DNA from: Desulfurococcales archaeon
GTDB lineage: Archaea; Thermoproteota; Thermoprotei_A; Sulfolobales; Desulfurococcaceae
NCBI GenBank assembly: GCA_027022365.1
Contig: JALVYU010000031.1
Span: 1 to 64,000 of the forward strand
Length of the DNA: 64,000 nt
Reading direction: 5' to 3'
Positions 29,147 to 37,454 of the stretch are shown here, piece by piece. Under the pieces are notes generated by a model that was not told the DNA's origin, did no database searches, and worked only from the letters and a program-made list of their open reading frames with translations. The translations under genes were made by a program, and so were the position numbers. How positions within the stretch are numbered: position 1 is the first letter of the stretch; the number at the start of each line of letters is the position of its first letter.

Positions 29147-29274
29147 CCTGATAGGGACGACTATGTCATCAAGAACCAAAGGGAGGTAAAATAGGTAGGA
29201 TGAACCCGTATCCGCGAGTTTAGGTATATTCACTGTCCTAGTTACTAGTTACCAGTTCGGGCACGAGAAACCAC
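29147..29274 (+). mobile_element. Non-coding IS right-end / omegaRNA-like relic (copy B, core inverted relative to copy A)
   Basis: GGTAGGATGAACCC-GTATCCG-(43 nt)-CGGGCAC-GAGAAACCAC. Flanks match the minus strand of copy A while the core matches its plus strand. Confidence 0.55.
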
Positions 29275-30587
29275 TAGACCTCAACAATCTGGAGGAGGTT
29301 CTTTTGGCTCAACCTCATTACAGCGAAATACTTGACTGAGATCCTCTTGAGGCTCCTATTATCTCCCATGACCATGACTGTGACGAGTCTTGCTCGTGCT
29401 TTCTTGAGATTGTATCTTACAATGTTCTCAGCTATTCTGTCAACTCCGTCAGTTATCAGTATTATGTCGCTTAAGTCCTTGGATCTTGCTCTCCTTATAT
29501 CGTTGCAAGCGGCTATGATTGCCTTCGAGATGTCTGTTCCCCCGCTGCCCTTGATCCTAGCAATATACTCGATCATCTTCAATACTTGCTTAGCCTTGGG
29601 TCTACGGCCGATCGAGGTTAGCGGGTAGGGTATGCTGTCGAAGAACCTAAAATAGAACTCCCTGTTCTCTCTCACAGCCCTCATGTAGAGGCTTAAAGTT
29701 ACCGCCTTGGCCCAGATCATCTTCGTGCCGTCCATACTACCTGATTTATCTAGTAAGACATAGATGGGGCCCTTACCTTGTGTTAACACCTTCCTGTATA
29801 GGAGGAGCTTACCTTCAAGTAGCCTTAAATAAAATAATTCATCGGGGAGAGCCAGTCTGCTAGGCACGATCCTCTCGATATCCTTACCGAACTCATAGCT
29901 CTCCAGCTCACCGTGTTTAAACTGGAGCTTTCTATCCGGTATCCGTAGCTTCCATGGCTTGATCCCGGTAAGGAGGTCAAGTATTCTCCGCACCTCGAGG
30001 TTGCGGGCTAGCTTGATCAGCTCGGGGCCGTACTCTTCATAAGCCATCATGCTTACTGTTCCGGGTTGCTGGCCCTCAACAAGGGTTTTAAGCTTCTTAG
30101 CGTTATCCACGTCTTTAGCCGTTATATTTGCGGCTTTCTCCACCATGCTCCTTAATTGGTCTTCCCTTACACCTGAGGGGAGAAGCTCGGAACCCCTCTT
30201 ACCATTCTTACTGGTCTCTCCACCATTGTTTTTCTCCGCTAGCTTCATCATTTCCACGAGGAAGACGCTTGCCGCAATCGATGATAATAGGGGGTCAACG
30301 AGCGTCTTTGATCTTATCTCGTGGATGCGTGTTGATGATAATAGATTCTTGATGAGCTTGTAGTCATTAATTCTGGAGGGCGGTATTTTCTCGGCGTCCT
30401 TAAGTATAGGCATTGGGAGGTAAAAGCTGTAGAAGAGGTCTGTGGAAAGCCTTATGGGTACATCTACTTCTTTTCCGAAGAGAATCCGCGATATCCTGGC
30501 GACACGGGCCCCCCTATACTGTGCCACGGGATCCCTGTAGTTCACGCCCCTGAGCAGGCCTTCTTCAATATCTTTTTCCGGATCCAT
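29274..30587 (-). CDS. VWA domain protein (ViaA/CoxE-like MoxR partner)
   Basis: MIDAS motif LLDKSGSM, GGTDI, ILITDG. Directly downstream of the MoxR ATPase. Confidence 0.88.
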   Translation of the reverse strand: MDPEKDIEEGLLRGVNYRDPVAQYRGARVARISRILFGKEVDVPIRLSTDLFYSFYLPMPILKDAEKIPPSRINDYKLIKNLLSSTRIHEIRSKTLVDPLLSSIAASVFLVEMMKLAEKNNGGETSKNGKRGSELLPSGVREDQLRSMVEKAANITAKDVDNAKKLKTLVEGQQPGTVSMMAYEEYGPELIKLARNLEVRRILDLLTGIKPWKLRIPDRKLQFKHGELESYEFGKDIERIVPSRLALPDELFYLRLLEGKLLLYRKVLTQGKGPIYVLLDKSGSMDGTKMIWAKAVTLSLYMRAVRENREFYFRFFDSIPYPLTSIGRRPKAKQVLKMIEYIARIKGSGGTDISKAIIAACNDIRRARSKDLSDIILITDGVDRIAENIVRYNLKKARARLVTVMVMGDNRSLKRISVKYFAVMRLSQKNLLQIVEV

Positions 30588-30600
30588 GTTTTCGTCCCTA

Positions 30601-31758
30601 TTACATCATGAACTTCTGCTTAATCAGATCTATCAGCTCATTGATCTCGGATAAGACATCCAAGGCCCTCTTCCTAACGGCCTCATCGCTTGTTTCGTCA
30701 GCGATTTTTCTGACACGCTCTCTGACGGCCTCGAAGCTCCTCAGATAGTCGACAAGCCTTGGGTCGAAATCGGTTACGTGTAATATATATTCTTTGGCCT
30801 CCCTAGCGTTGGCCTCTATTTCGGCGAGCTCTTTTAGGTGCTTCTCGGTAGCACGTATCTCGTCAAGGAGTATGGCGTAGACTTGGCTCATCTCGTCCTG
30901 ATCCCTGGGAGCCACGTGTTTGAGCACGTATAGATCTTCTTCCCTAGCTACTAGTCTACCATCAAGTACTGCTGAGCCCGCTATCGCCTTTAGTGCCTTG
31001 CCTTTCCTCCTATCGGTTATATGTATTCCCTGGTCCTCAAATATAGCATAGAGGCGTAGTAGCTTCTCCTTTACTGGCTCGAGGTTTACCCTGAATACAA
31101 GCTGGTTAAGCATCCTTATGTCATCTATGCTTAGGATGGGCTCGGGCCTCTGGTAGAGACCTCTCTCTATATCCCATACGGCATCAAGTAGTTCCCTCCA
31201 CTTGTCCTCGCTAACGGGCATGACGAAGTGCCTATAAAGGAACCTATCGTATAGAGCCTGTAGCTCGGGCTCGTCGGGGACATTATTGCTGGCAGCTATC
31301 ATAGACCAAAGAGGCACTTTGATCTCGCTATAGCCGTCATATAGTATTCTCTCATTCATAATGGTAAGAAACATATTCAGTATGGCGCTGTTCGCGTTGA
31401 ATATTTCATCGATAAAAGCGATCTCGGCCTCCGGAAGCTTGTTACGAGTAATCCTAACATATCTCCCCTGTTTCAAAGCATTAATGTCCAGGGGTCCAAA
31501 TAGTTCATCGGGCTCCGTAAATTTCGTTAATAAGTACTTAAAGAACCTTGCATTGATAAGATCAGCCGCTCTTCTCGCTAGTGCTGACTTACACGTGCCC
31601 GGCTCACCGATCAATACAACATGCTCGCCTGTAACGATCGCGAGGGCTATGACACGCGCCTCTTCCTCCCTCCCCACAAAGGGCTCGGCAAGTTTCTCCA
31701 CGAAAAGCCCTGCTCTTCCAAGCAGTTGTTCGGTCATTAGTTTCTCCAAGACAGACAC
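30601..31758 (-). CDS. MoxR/RavA-family AAA+ ATPase
   Basis: GEPGTCKS, YLLTKFTEPDELFGP, FIDEIF.ANSAILN, ASN, ALYDRF. Confidence 0.92.
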   Translation of the reverse strand: MSVLEKLMTEQLLGRAGLFVEKLAEPFVGREEEARVIALAIVTGEHVVLIGEPGTCKSALARRAADLINARFFKYLLTKFTEPDELFGPLDINALKQGRYVRITRNKLPEAEIAFIDEIFNANSAILNMFLTIMNERILYDGYSEIKVPLWSMIAASNNVPDEPELQALYDRFLYRHFVMPVSEDKWRELLDAVWDIERGLYQRPEPILSIDDIRMLNQLVFRVNLEPVKEKLLRLYAIFEDQGIHITDRRKGKALKAIAGSAVLDGRLVAREEDLYVLKHVAPRDQDEMSQVYAILLDEIRATEKHLKELAEIEANAREAKEYILHVTDFDPRLVDYLRSFEAVRERVRKIADETSDEAVRKRALDVLSEINELIDLIKQKFMM

Positions 31759-31820
31759 CGGTGATTTGTGAGCTCCTAAACTGGAGATTCTAGATAGACG
31801 TTAAAATAAGGCGCGGAGAA

Positions 31821-31880
31821 CGGTCGGCTGAGCAACTCTTCAGCATCTTGGTTCAGCTGAAAACCGGGTTCGTCATCCCA
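31821..31880 (-). ncRNA. Box C/D methylation-guide sRNA
   Basis: Minus strand: ATGACGA(C)-ACCCGGTTTTCAG-CTGA(D')-ACCAAG-ATGCTGA(C')-AGAGTTGCTCAG-CCGA(D), intergenic. Confidence 0.8.
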
Positions 31881-31902
31881 GTGAAAAAGTATTGAAAACT
31901 AG

Positions 31903-32196
31903 CTAGAATAAATTACTGATTGCGTCGTGCAGGGCTTTCTCTAGCTCCTCGAGGTCTTCCTGTAGCATGTCTCTTAAGCCCTTAACTCTTCTCCTCATAA
32001 GGAGCTTCCCGGTTATCACCATTGAGACACCTATACTTGTAGAGATCATTGTCGGGTCCGGCATCATCAAGAATATACTGCTATACTTCAAGAGTTTTTC
32101 GCCACGCTCATCAGGGCCTCCCTTAATAACTCTCACAGTCTTTTTTATCTCCTCGTACACTTCCTTAATCTCATCCTCTTCTATTCCTAGACTCAT
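31903..32196 (-). CDS. Small hypothetical protein with a hydrophobic hairpin
   Basis: Likely start ATG 32196 (MSLGIEEDE...), which avoids overlap with the divergent gene. PDP-containing hydrophobic segment. Confidence 0.55.
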   Translation of the reverse strand: MSLGIEEDEIKEVYEEIKKTVRVIKGGPDERGEKLLKYSSIFLMMPDPTMISTSIGVSMVITGKLLMRRRVKGLRDMLQEDLEELEKALHDAISNLF

Positions 32197-32260
32197 TCTT
32201 ATACGCCCTAATTCAGAATAGTAGTAATTATACAGTTTTAATAAAGGGGGCATAACGGAT

Positions 32261-32728
32261 TTGTACAATTTGTTTATGGAAAGGAACACTGTAAGGGGAG
32301 TGTATCTCTTAATAATAGAAATCCAAAAACCATTAACCATAGTTATAGGGAACACGAGGTATAAGCTAGAGCCCGGATATTATATCTATGTCGGATCGGC
32401 CTGGGGCCCTGGCGGCCTTAGGTCTAGGATAGCAAGGCATATCAGGAAGGACAAAAAGATACATTGGCACATAGACAGGATAACCTCCACGCCATTTACA
32501 GCGGTTAAGACAATATGTTTACTGCCTGGAGCACCTCCATACTATGAGTCTAGGATAGCGGGTATACTATCAGCGAAACTGGATTTTATCCCGGGTTTTG
32601 GCTCCACCGATAGACGCGGAGATACATCTCATCTATTCATATGTGGAACATATAGCAAATGCGTGGAAACAGTGAGATCTCTTGAGAAGACGATCAAGTA
32701 CCCTGTAATATTCATAACATTGTATTAA
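32261..32728 (+). CDS. GIY-YIG (Uri/DUF123) endonuclease
   Basis: GVY...YIYVGSA.GPGG...RI.RH, HWHID, GFGSTD, SHL. Confidence 0.88.
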   Translation: MYNLFMERNTVRGVYLLIIEIQKPLTIVIGNTRYKLEPGYYIYVGSAWGPGGLRSRIARHIRKDKKIHWHIDRITSTPFTAVKTICLLPGAPPYYESRIAGILSAKLDFIPGFGSTDRRGDTSHLFICGTYSKCVETVRSLEKTIKYPVIFITLY

Positions 32729-32830
32729 AGAAATAATCGTACGTTTGAACGAGTATCGGATACAAGGATATATTAACCTCTCATGTAATAACTGGAATTA
32801 ACCCATAACACGTAGGAGACGAAACCCGTA

Positions 32831-33271
32831 ATGTCCGGATCAGAAGAAAACACGTCCCAGAAAAAACGAATAATCGATCTCAAATCCGGAGAAGAAAACG
32901 TCCACGTAACCGGAAGGGTTCTCGAGACAACCCCTCCTAGGGTAATACAGACGAAAAGAGGACCTAGAACAATCAGCAACGCCATTATCGGTGACGAATC
33001 AGGCAGAGTCCAAGTAACCCTCTGGGGAAGCAAGGCCGGTAGCCTTGAAGAAGGAAAAGTCGTTGACATCAAGGGTGCATGGACGACCAGCTTCAGAGGC
33101 AAAGTCCAACTAAATATAGGTAGGTCAACAAACGTGGAAGAAGTACCCGACGAGGAAGCACCGCAGCCCGAGGAAATCCCCGAAGACCAGCCAACAGCAC
33201 CATACACACCGTCCAGGAGACAAGGCTTCGGACGTGGCAGGAGAAGATACTATCGCCAAGGAGGATTCTAA
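32831..33271 (+). CDS. ssb: Crenarchaeal single-stranded DNA-binding protein
   Basis: Single OB fold (IQTKRG.RTIS.AIIGDESGRV..TLWG, AWTT.F.G..QLN) with a Pro/Gly/Arg-rich tail. Confidence 0.93.
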   Translation: MSGSEENTSQKKRIIDLKSGEENVHVTGRVLETTPPRVIQTKRGPRTISNAIIGDESGRVQVTLWGSKAGSLEEGKVVDIKGAWTTSFRGKVQLNIGRSTNVEEVPDEEAPQPEEIPEDQPTAPYTPSRRQGFGRGRRRYYRQGGF

Positions 33272-33281
33272 GGTGTCCAAT

Positions 33282-33629
33282 ATGGAGAGCGGGGAAATGT
33301 CCGTCCCAAACAATAGCAATGAGAACAAGATATCCGAGAAAGCCAGGAAAATATATGATCAATTAAAGGAGAAGAAGCCAAAAAGAAACGGTGCATTCCT
33401 AGGCGAGGAACAAGACAAGTTCTACGTGGCGAAGTCCGAGGAGGAGATCTACGAGCTCTCAGCGCTCGCTTATTACGTATGGCTCCTCTGTGACGGCGAA
33501 CACACAGTCGAGGAAATAGCCAACAAGATAAGCGAGGACGTGCAGGTCTCGGTGGAGGAGGTCATAGAACCCCTCGCTCTAGCTATTAATAGTCTCAACG
33601 AGGCAGGACTAGTAGAGATCGCGAACTAA
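33282..33629 (+). CDS. PqqD-family (RRE-like winged helix) protein
   Basis: Beta strands followed by IYELSALAYYVWLLCDGEHTVEEIA..I and L.EAGLV, the PqqD pattern. ATG 33282. Confidence 0.8.
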   Translation: MESGEMSVPNNSNENKISEKARKIYDQLKEKKPKRNGAFLGEEQDKFYVAKSEEEIYELSALAYYVWLLCDGEHTVEEIANKISEDVQVSVEEVIEPLALAINSLNEAGLVEIAN

Positions 33630-33731
33630 AACTACAAGTCCTCACATATAATACGTAACACGTAGCGTTTTTTCTTAGAAAATCTGTTTAGTCTTTTCCA
33701 AGAATAATCTTATCCCTAGGAATAAAGACTG

Positions 33732-35072
33732 GTGACTATTGACGTGACTAAACAGGCAGAAAGAGATCTTTTGCCTCGGCACTATTGTCTTGACTTGGCG
33801 TTATACGCCATAAAAATGTCGGATCCATACATTAGTGTCCGTAAGAACCTCACATACACCCATAAGGAACTTATTATCAAGAATAAACGGGTAGGTGTAG
33901 AAGGGAAAATATACGTTGCTGGTATAGGTAAGGCATCCTGTAGAATGGCAAGGGCAGTAGAGGAGATCGTAGGAGACGATATAGAGTATGGCGTAGTGTC
34001 CACTAAGTACGGCTACGGCGAAAAACTCGAAAAGTTAAAGGTTATTGAGGCAGGTCACCCCGTTCCTGACGAGAACAGCCTCAGAGCAGCCGACGAGATA
34101 ATCGGAATAGCCAAGCGGATGAAGCCCGAGGACATCCTGATATTCCTGATCTCAGGCGGCGGCTCAGCATTATTCACGAAGCCTTATCCGCCGATAACGC
34201 TCGATGAACTGATAAGGACACATGATCTACTCGTGAAATCGGGAGCACGAATACAAGAGATCAATACTGTTAGGAAACACATATCCCTTGTCAAAGGCGG
34301 CAGATTCGCTGAAATAGTTCCCGGAAAAATAATATCGCTAATAGTGAGCGACGTTGTCGGAGATGATCTCTCGACCATAGCTTCTGGCCCAACAGCGCCT
34401 GATCCAACAACATATGCTGATGCCAAAAGGATACTCGTCAATTATGACCTATGGGACAAGATTCCTGAGAATGTGCGAAAAGTCATAGACAAGGGGTTAA
34501 GGGGCGAGATACCCGAGACCCCCAAGAAGCTGGAGAATGTTGTCAACAATATTATAGCGAGCGCTAATATCGCCGCCGAACACTCAGCGAGACGCGCATT
34601 AGAGCTAGGGCTAAAACCAATAATCATGACAACTACAATAGAAGGAGAGGCACGACATGTAGGCACAGCCATAGCATCAATAATAGAAGAAATAGCCAAG
34701 AACCATCGTCCATTCAAACCACCAGTATGCCTGATCTTCGCCGGCGAGACCGTGGTTACTATTAGGGACGAATCGGGAATAGGCGGGCCAAACCAAGAAC
34801 TAGCACTCAGCGCATCCATGAAAATAAGAGGCTATAGAGGAGTAGCTCTGATAGCTTTGGATACTGATGGAACAGATGGCCCCACAGATGCAGCAGGAGG
34901 TCTAGTTGATTCAAAGACATATGATATCCTCATTGATAGGGGTATTGATCCTGTGAAAAGCCTGATGAAACACGATGCATACAATGCATTGAAAATCTCA
35001 GGAGACCTGATCAAAACAGGCCCTACTGGCACGAACGTCAATTCAATAATGATAGCCGTCATACTGAGATGA
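33732..35072 (+). CDS. Glycerate 2-kinase (MOFRL family)
   Basis: GIGKAS..M, AGHPVPD, LISGGGSAL, RKH.S.VKGG, SDV.GD, IASGPT, GET.V, GGPNQE, TDG.DG, TGTNVN. Confidence 0.92.
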   Translation: MTIDVTKQAERDLLPRHYCLDLALYAIKMSDPYISVRKNLTYTHKELIIKNKRVGVEGKIYVAGIGKASCRMARAVEEIVGDDIEYGVVSTKYGYGEKLEKLKVIEAGHPVPDENSLRAADEIIGIAKRMKPEDILIFLISGGGSALFTKPYPPITLDELIRTHDLLVKSGARIQEINTVRKHISLVKGGRFAEIVPGKIISLIVSDVVGDDLSTIASGPTAPDPTTYADAKRILVNYDLWDKIPENVRKVIDKGLRGEIPETPKKLENVVNNIIASANIAAEHSARRALELGLKPIIMTTTIEGEARHVGTAIASIIEEIAKNHRPFKPPVCLIFAGETVVTIRDESGIGGPNQELALSASMKIRGYRGVALIALDTDGTDGPTDAAGGLVDSKTYDILIDRGIDPVKSLMKHDAYNALKISGDLIKTGPTGTNVNSIMIAVILR

Positions 35073-35079
35073 TGAGGAT

Positions 35080-36153
35080 ATGAAAACTCTTCGAACTATA
35101 CTCCTACTAATTCTATTGACTCTATCATTGGCCCCGATAATGGTGAGCGTAAATGCTACGGCACAGTCTAGTAATCCTTTGGACTGGTTTAATCTCACAA
35201 TAATAATTAATGGCTCGATAACCAATCTAGGAGACAAGCCACTCCCTATAAACCAGACAGACCTCCTCGTATTTGATTATCCTATTAACATGTCTACACA
35301 GAAAGTCATAGGAGTAAAGACGTATGTAAACGGCACACCTTATCCCTATAAAATACGGGGACCATGGTATAATCCGAGCCTAGTGATACAGGCACCGAAG
35401 TACGAAAAAATGAGCTTGATGCCAGGCCAGACAGTGACTAGCATGGCGGTATATAACGTCTCGGTCAATGTGGCTCAGCGCCTATTACAAGCAACAAGTA
35501 TAAAGCCTGAACTGGCAGAGGGCTGGAAGTACATACCAGCTAAGATAAAGTCTAACTATACACAGGCAACACCGCTCTGGAACTACTCTAACCCGCTAAT
35601 TAATCTATTCATAACATATATCCGGTCACAGGAGCGTACAAAAACCCCATTAGGAGCCGTAGAGGAGGTTCTAAAATGGTTTGATAAGAACGTCAAATAC
35701 AAGACAAGAATACCTGCCAGACAGCCATGGGAAACTCTGATGTATATGGAGGGCGATTGTGACGATCAGTCGAACTTGCTCATAACCGTTCTCCGCGGAA
35801 TAGGTGTGCCAGCCTACCTAGAGATAGGAATAGTCTATATCATGGGGCTAAACATAACAAGCAAAGCCGCTGACGGTCTCCTCGAGTATAGGTTTGTGAA
35901 CGGGGGAACTCATGCATGGACAACCGCCTATGTTCCGCCATGGGGCTGGATAAGAATCGATCTAACGGCTAGTCTAGGGATAGGGATTAATCACATTAGG
36001 GGAGCAGCCTACTACATCTACCCTACAGTTGTAATATCAAAAGTCTATGGACAGAACTATGCTGCAAGCTCGGCCAAATTCACGGAAGAGCTAGTATCCA
36101 AGAAGATAGCTTATAGGGTAACGATAGAATTAATCACTCCCGAGAAATCATAG
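35080..36153 (+). CDS. Secreted transglutaminase-like protein
   Basis: Signal peptide. GDCDD...LR..G.PA, HAW and W..ID give a Cys-His-Asp triad. Confidence 0.85.
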   Translation: MKTLRTILLLILLTLSLAPIMVSVNATAQSSNPLDWFNLTIIINGSITNLGDKPLPINQTDLLVFDYPINMSTQKVIGVKTYVNGTPYPYKIRGPWYNPSLVIQAPKYEKMSLMPGQTVTSMAVYNVSVNVAQRLLQATSIKPELAEGWKYIPAKIKSNYTQATPLWNYSNPLINLFITYIRSQERTKTPLGAVEEVLKWFDKNVKYKTRIPARQPWETLMYMEGDCDDQSNLLITVLRGIGVPAYLEIGIVYIMGLNITSKAADGLLEYRFVNGGTHAWTTAYVPPWGWIRIDLTASLGIGINHIRGAAYYIYPTVVISKVYGQNYAASSAKFTEELVSKKIAYRVTIELITPEKS

Positions 36154-36155
36154 TT

Positions 36156-36240
36156 CTAGATAGGAACCGGATGACCGAAGACTCCAATACTGAGACCATA
36201 TGTCTATGAGGAAACTCCACCCCTCGGGACGGCTATCTAG
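36156..36240 (+). ncRNA. Box C/D guide sRNA with non-canonical, compensated C/D boxes
   Basis: Terminal stem CTAGATAG/CTATCTAG. ATGACCG(C)-AAGACTCCAATA-CTGA(D')...ATGAGGA(C')-AACTCCACCCCTC-GGGA(D). Guides are complementary to the neighbouring 16S segments ATTGGAGTC and GGGGTGGAG (recalled consensus). Confidence 0.8.
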
Positions 36241-36569
36241 TATTTTGGTGGTACATAGCGTTTAGCAAGATCCTCATAGTTCTCAGTGATCATGGATATG
36301 ATCTCGTTACGATGAACTCTCGTTAAGTGAAGGTAGAAACCTCTCCTCGTAAACGGTCCCTTACCACATATACCGCACCTGATGAGTCCCTTCTGTATGA
36401 CTACTATGTCGGATGCAACGATGTTTACAACCTTCCTCATAATAGGGTATCTTGACGAGCCAGTAATTCTATGTAAATCAATGTCGTCAACAGGTAGGCC
36501 GGAAGCCTTCCTTGCAATATATTCAACTAACCTGTTAGCAATAGCCTCAACACTAACCACTCTAGGCAC
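36237..36569 (-). CDS. Small C2H2-type zinc-finger protein
   Basis: CGICGKGPFTRRGFYLHLTRVH motif. Confidence 0.75.
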   Translation of the reverse strand: MPRVVSVEAIANRLVEYIARKASGLPVDDIDLHRITGSSRYPIMRKVVNIVASDIVVIQKGLIRCGICGKGPFTRRGFYLHLTRVHRNEIISMITENYEDLAKRYVPPKY

Positions 36570-36683
36570 CTTTTAATATATCATGCGCAAATTAGATTTA
36601 AGATGTATGGCCCTTACAACTATCATATGGTAGGCCGGATTTTAAGACGATTATTTTACGTAGTAACAGGGGCTTGATATATT

Positions 36684-37340
36684 GTGAGACACAAAATAAG
36701 AGAGCAGTTCGTTGAGGATCTAGTATCCTCGGCCAAAAAGTTGATCAAAGGATGTATTGATGGAGAATTCAAATGTATAGATCCGCCGATAACGATCACT
36801 CGCTTACTTGAAGAGATGAACCTTGGCGAGTATAGGCTTAGAAGATTCTGGGCCGATGCACAGAAGATCGCTGGTACAACTGTAAAGCTTTACAGTAGGA
36901 TGGGATCAGAATTCCTAATATCTGTTGAGGTTAGGCAAGGCTCAGTTTATTTTAATGAGGAATTCGACATACCTGTTGATTTCATTGATTGTAAAATGCA
37001 TCCTGAATCATGTATAGTTATCCCAAGGACGTATTCGCTGTACGTATACCTGGACGGTAATATTGAGAACACAAAATATCACATTAACGTCATAAGACTG
37101 CTTGTCCTCCTCGAAAGAAGTATGCCTGGCACCTCATACAAGATACTTGATGCTATTCTAAGACTAGCTAGGAATGATAAGAGGGGTTACTTAGAACTGG
37201 TAAATGTTCTCTTAGTGATATTTAAGAACATAAGCGTGCTCAAGTATATCTTGCCGTTTATGCCGATGAGCGTGAAGGATATATTGAATATGTCTCCTGT
37301 TCTAAGAATCTTGAACACTTTATTTGGCAATAATAAATAG
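36684..37340 (+). CDS. Hypothetical protein
   Basis: 218-aa ORF divergent from the zinc-finger gene. No family recognised. Confidence 0.65.
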   Translation: MRHKIREQFVEDLVSSAKKLIKGCIDGEFKCIDPPITITRLLEEMNLGEYRLRRFWADAQKIAGTTVKLYSRMGSEFLISVEVRQGSVYFNEEFDIPVDFIDCKMHPESCIVIPRTYSLYVYLDGNIENTKYHINVIRLLVLLERSMPGTSYKILDAILRLARNDKRGYLELVNVLLVIFKNISVLKYILPFMPMSVKDILNMSPVLRILNTLFGNNK

Positions 37341-37454
37341 TTGATGTCCTAAATTATAATTACATATACATATTTCAATGAGTATTCTTCTTCGGTAATC
37401 TACAGACTACCTTATACAGAATTATTAGCAATAATAAAGAATCGGTGAGAGGAG

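Noticed and set aside
28889-29233. 114-aa minus-strand ORF
   Set aside because: No recognisable protein features, and it lies antisense across IS-end relics. Probably spurious.
32197-32355. Apparent head-to-head overlap of ORF 31903-32355 with the GIY-YIG gene
   Set aside because: Disappears when the downstream ATG at 32196 is used.
35069-35130. ATGATGA box-C-like motif after glycerate kinase
   Set aside because: No properly spaced D'/C'/D boxes, and it runs into the signal-peptide coding region of the next gene.
36208-36222. GAGGAAACTCC resembles the RNase P RNA P4 5' motif
   Set aside because: Only about 85 nt of intergenic space and no 3' P4 partner. Fully explained as the C' box plus guide of the C/D sRNA.
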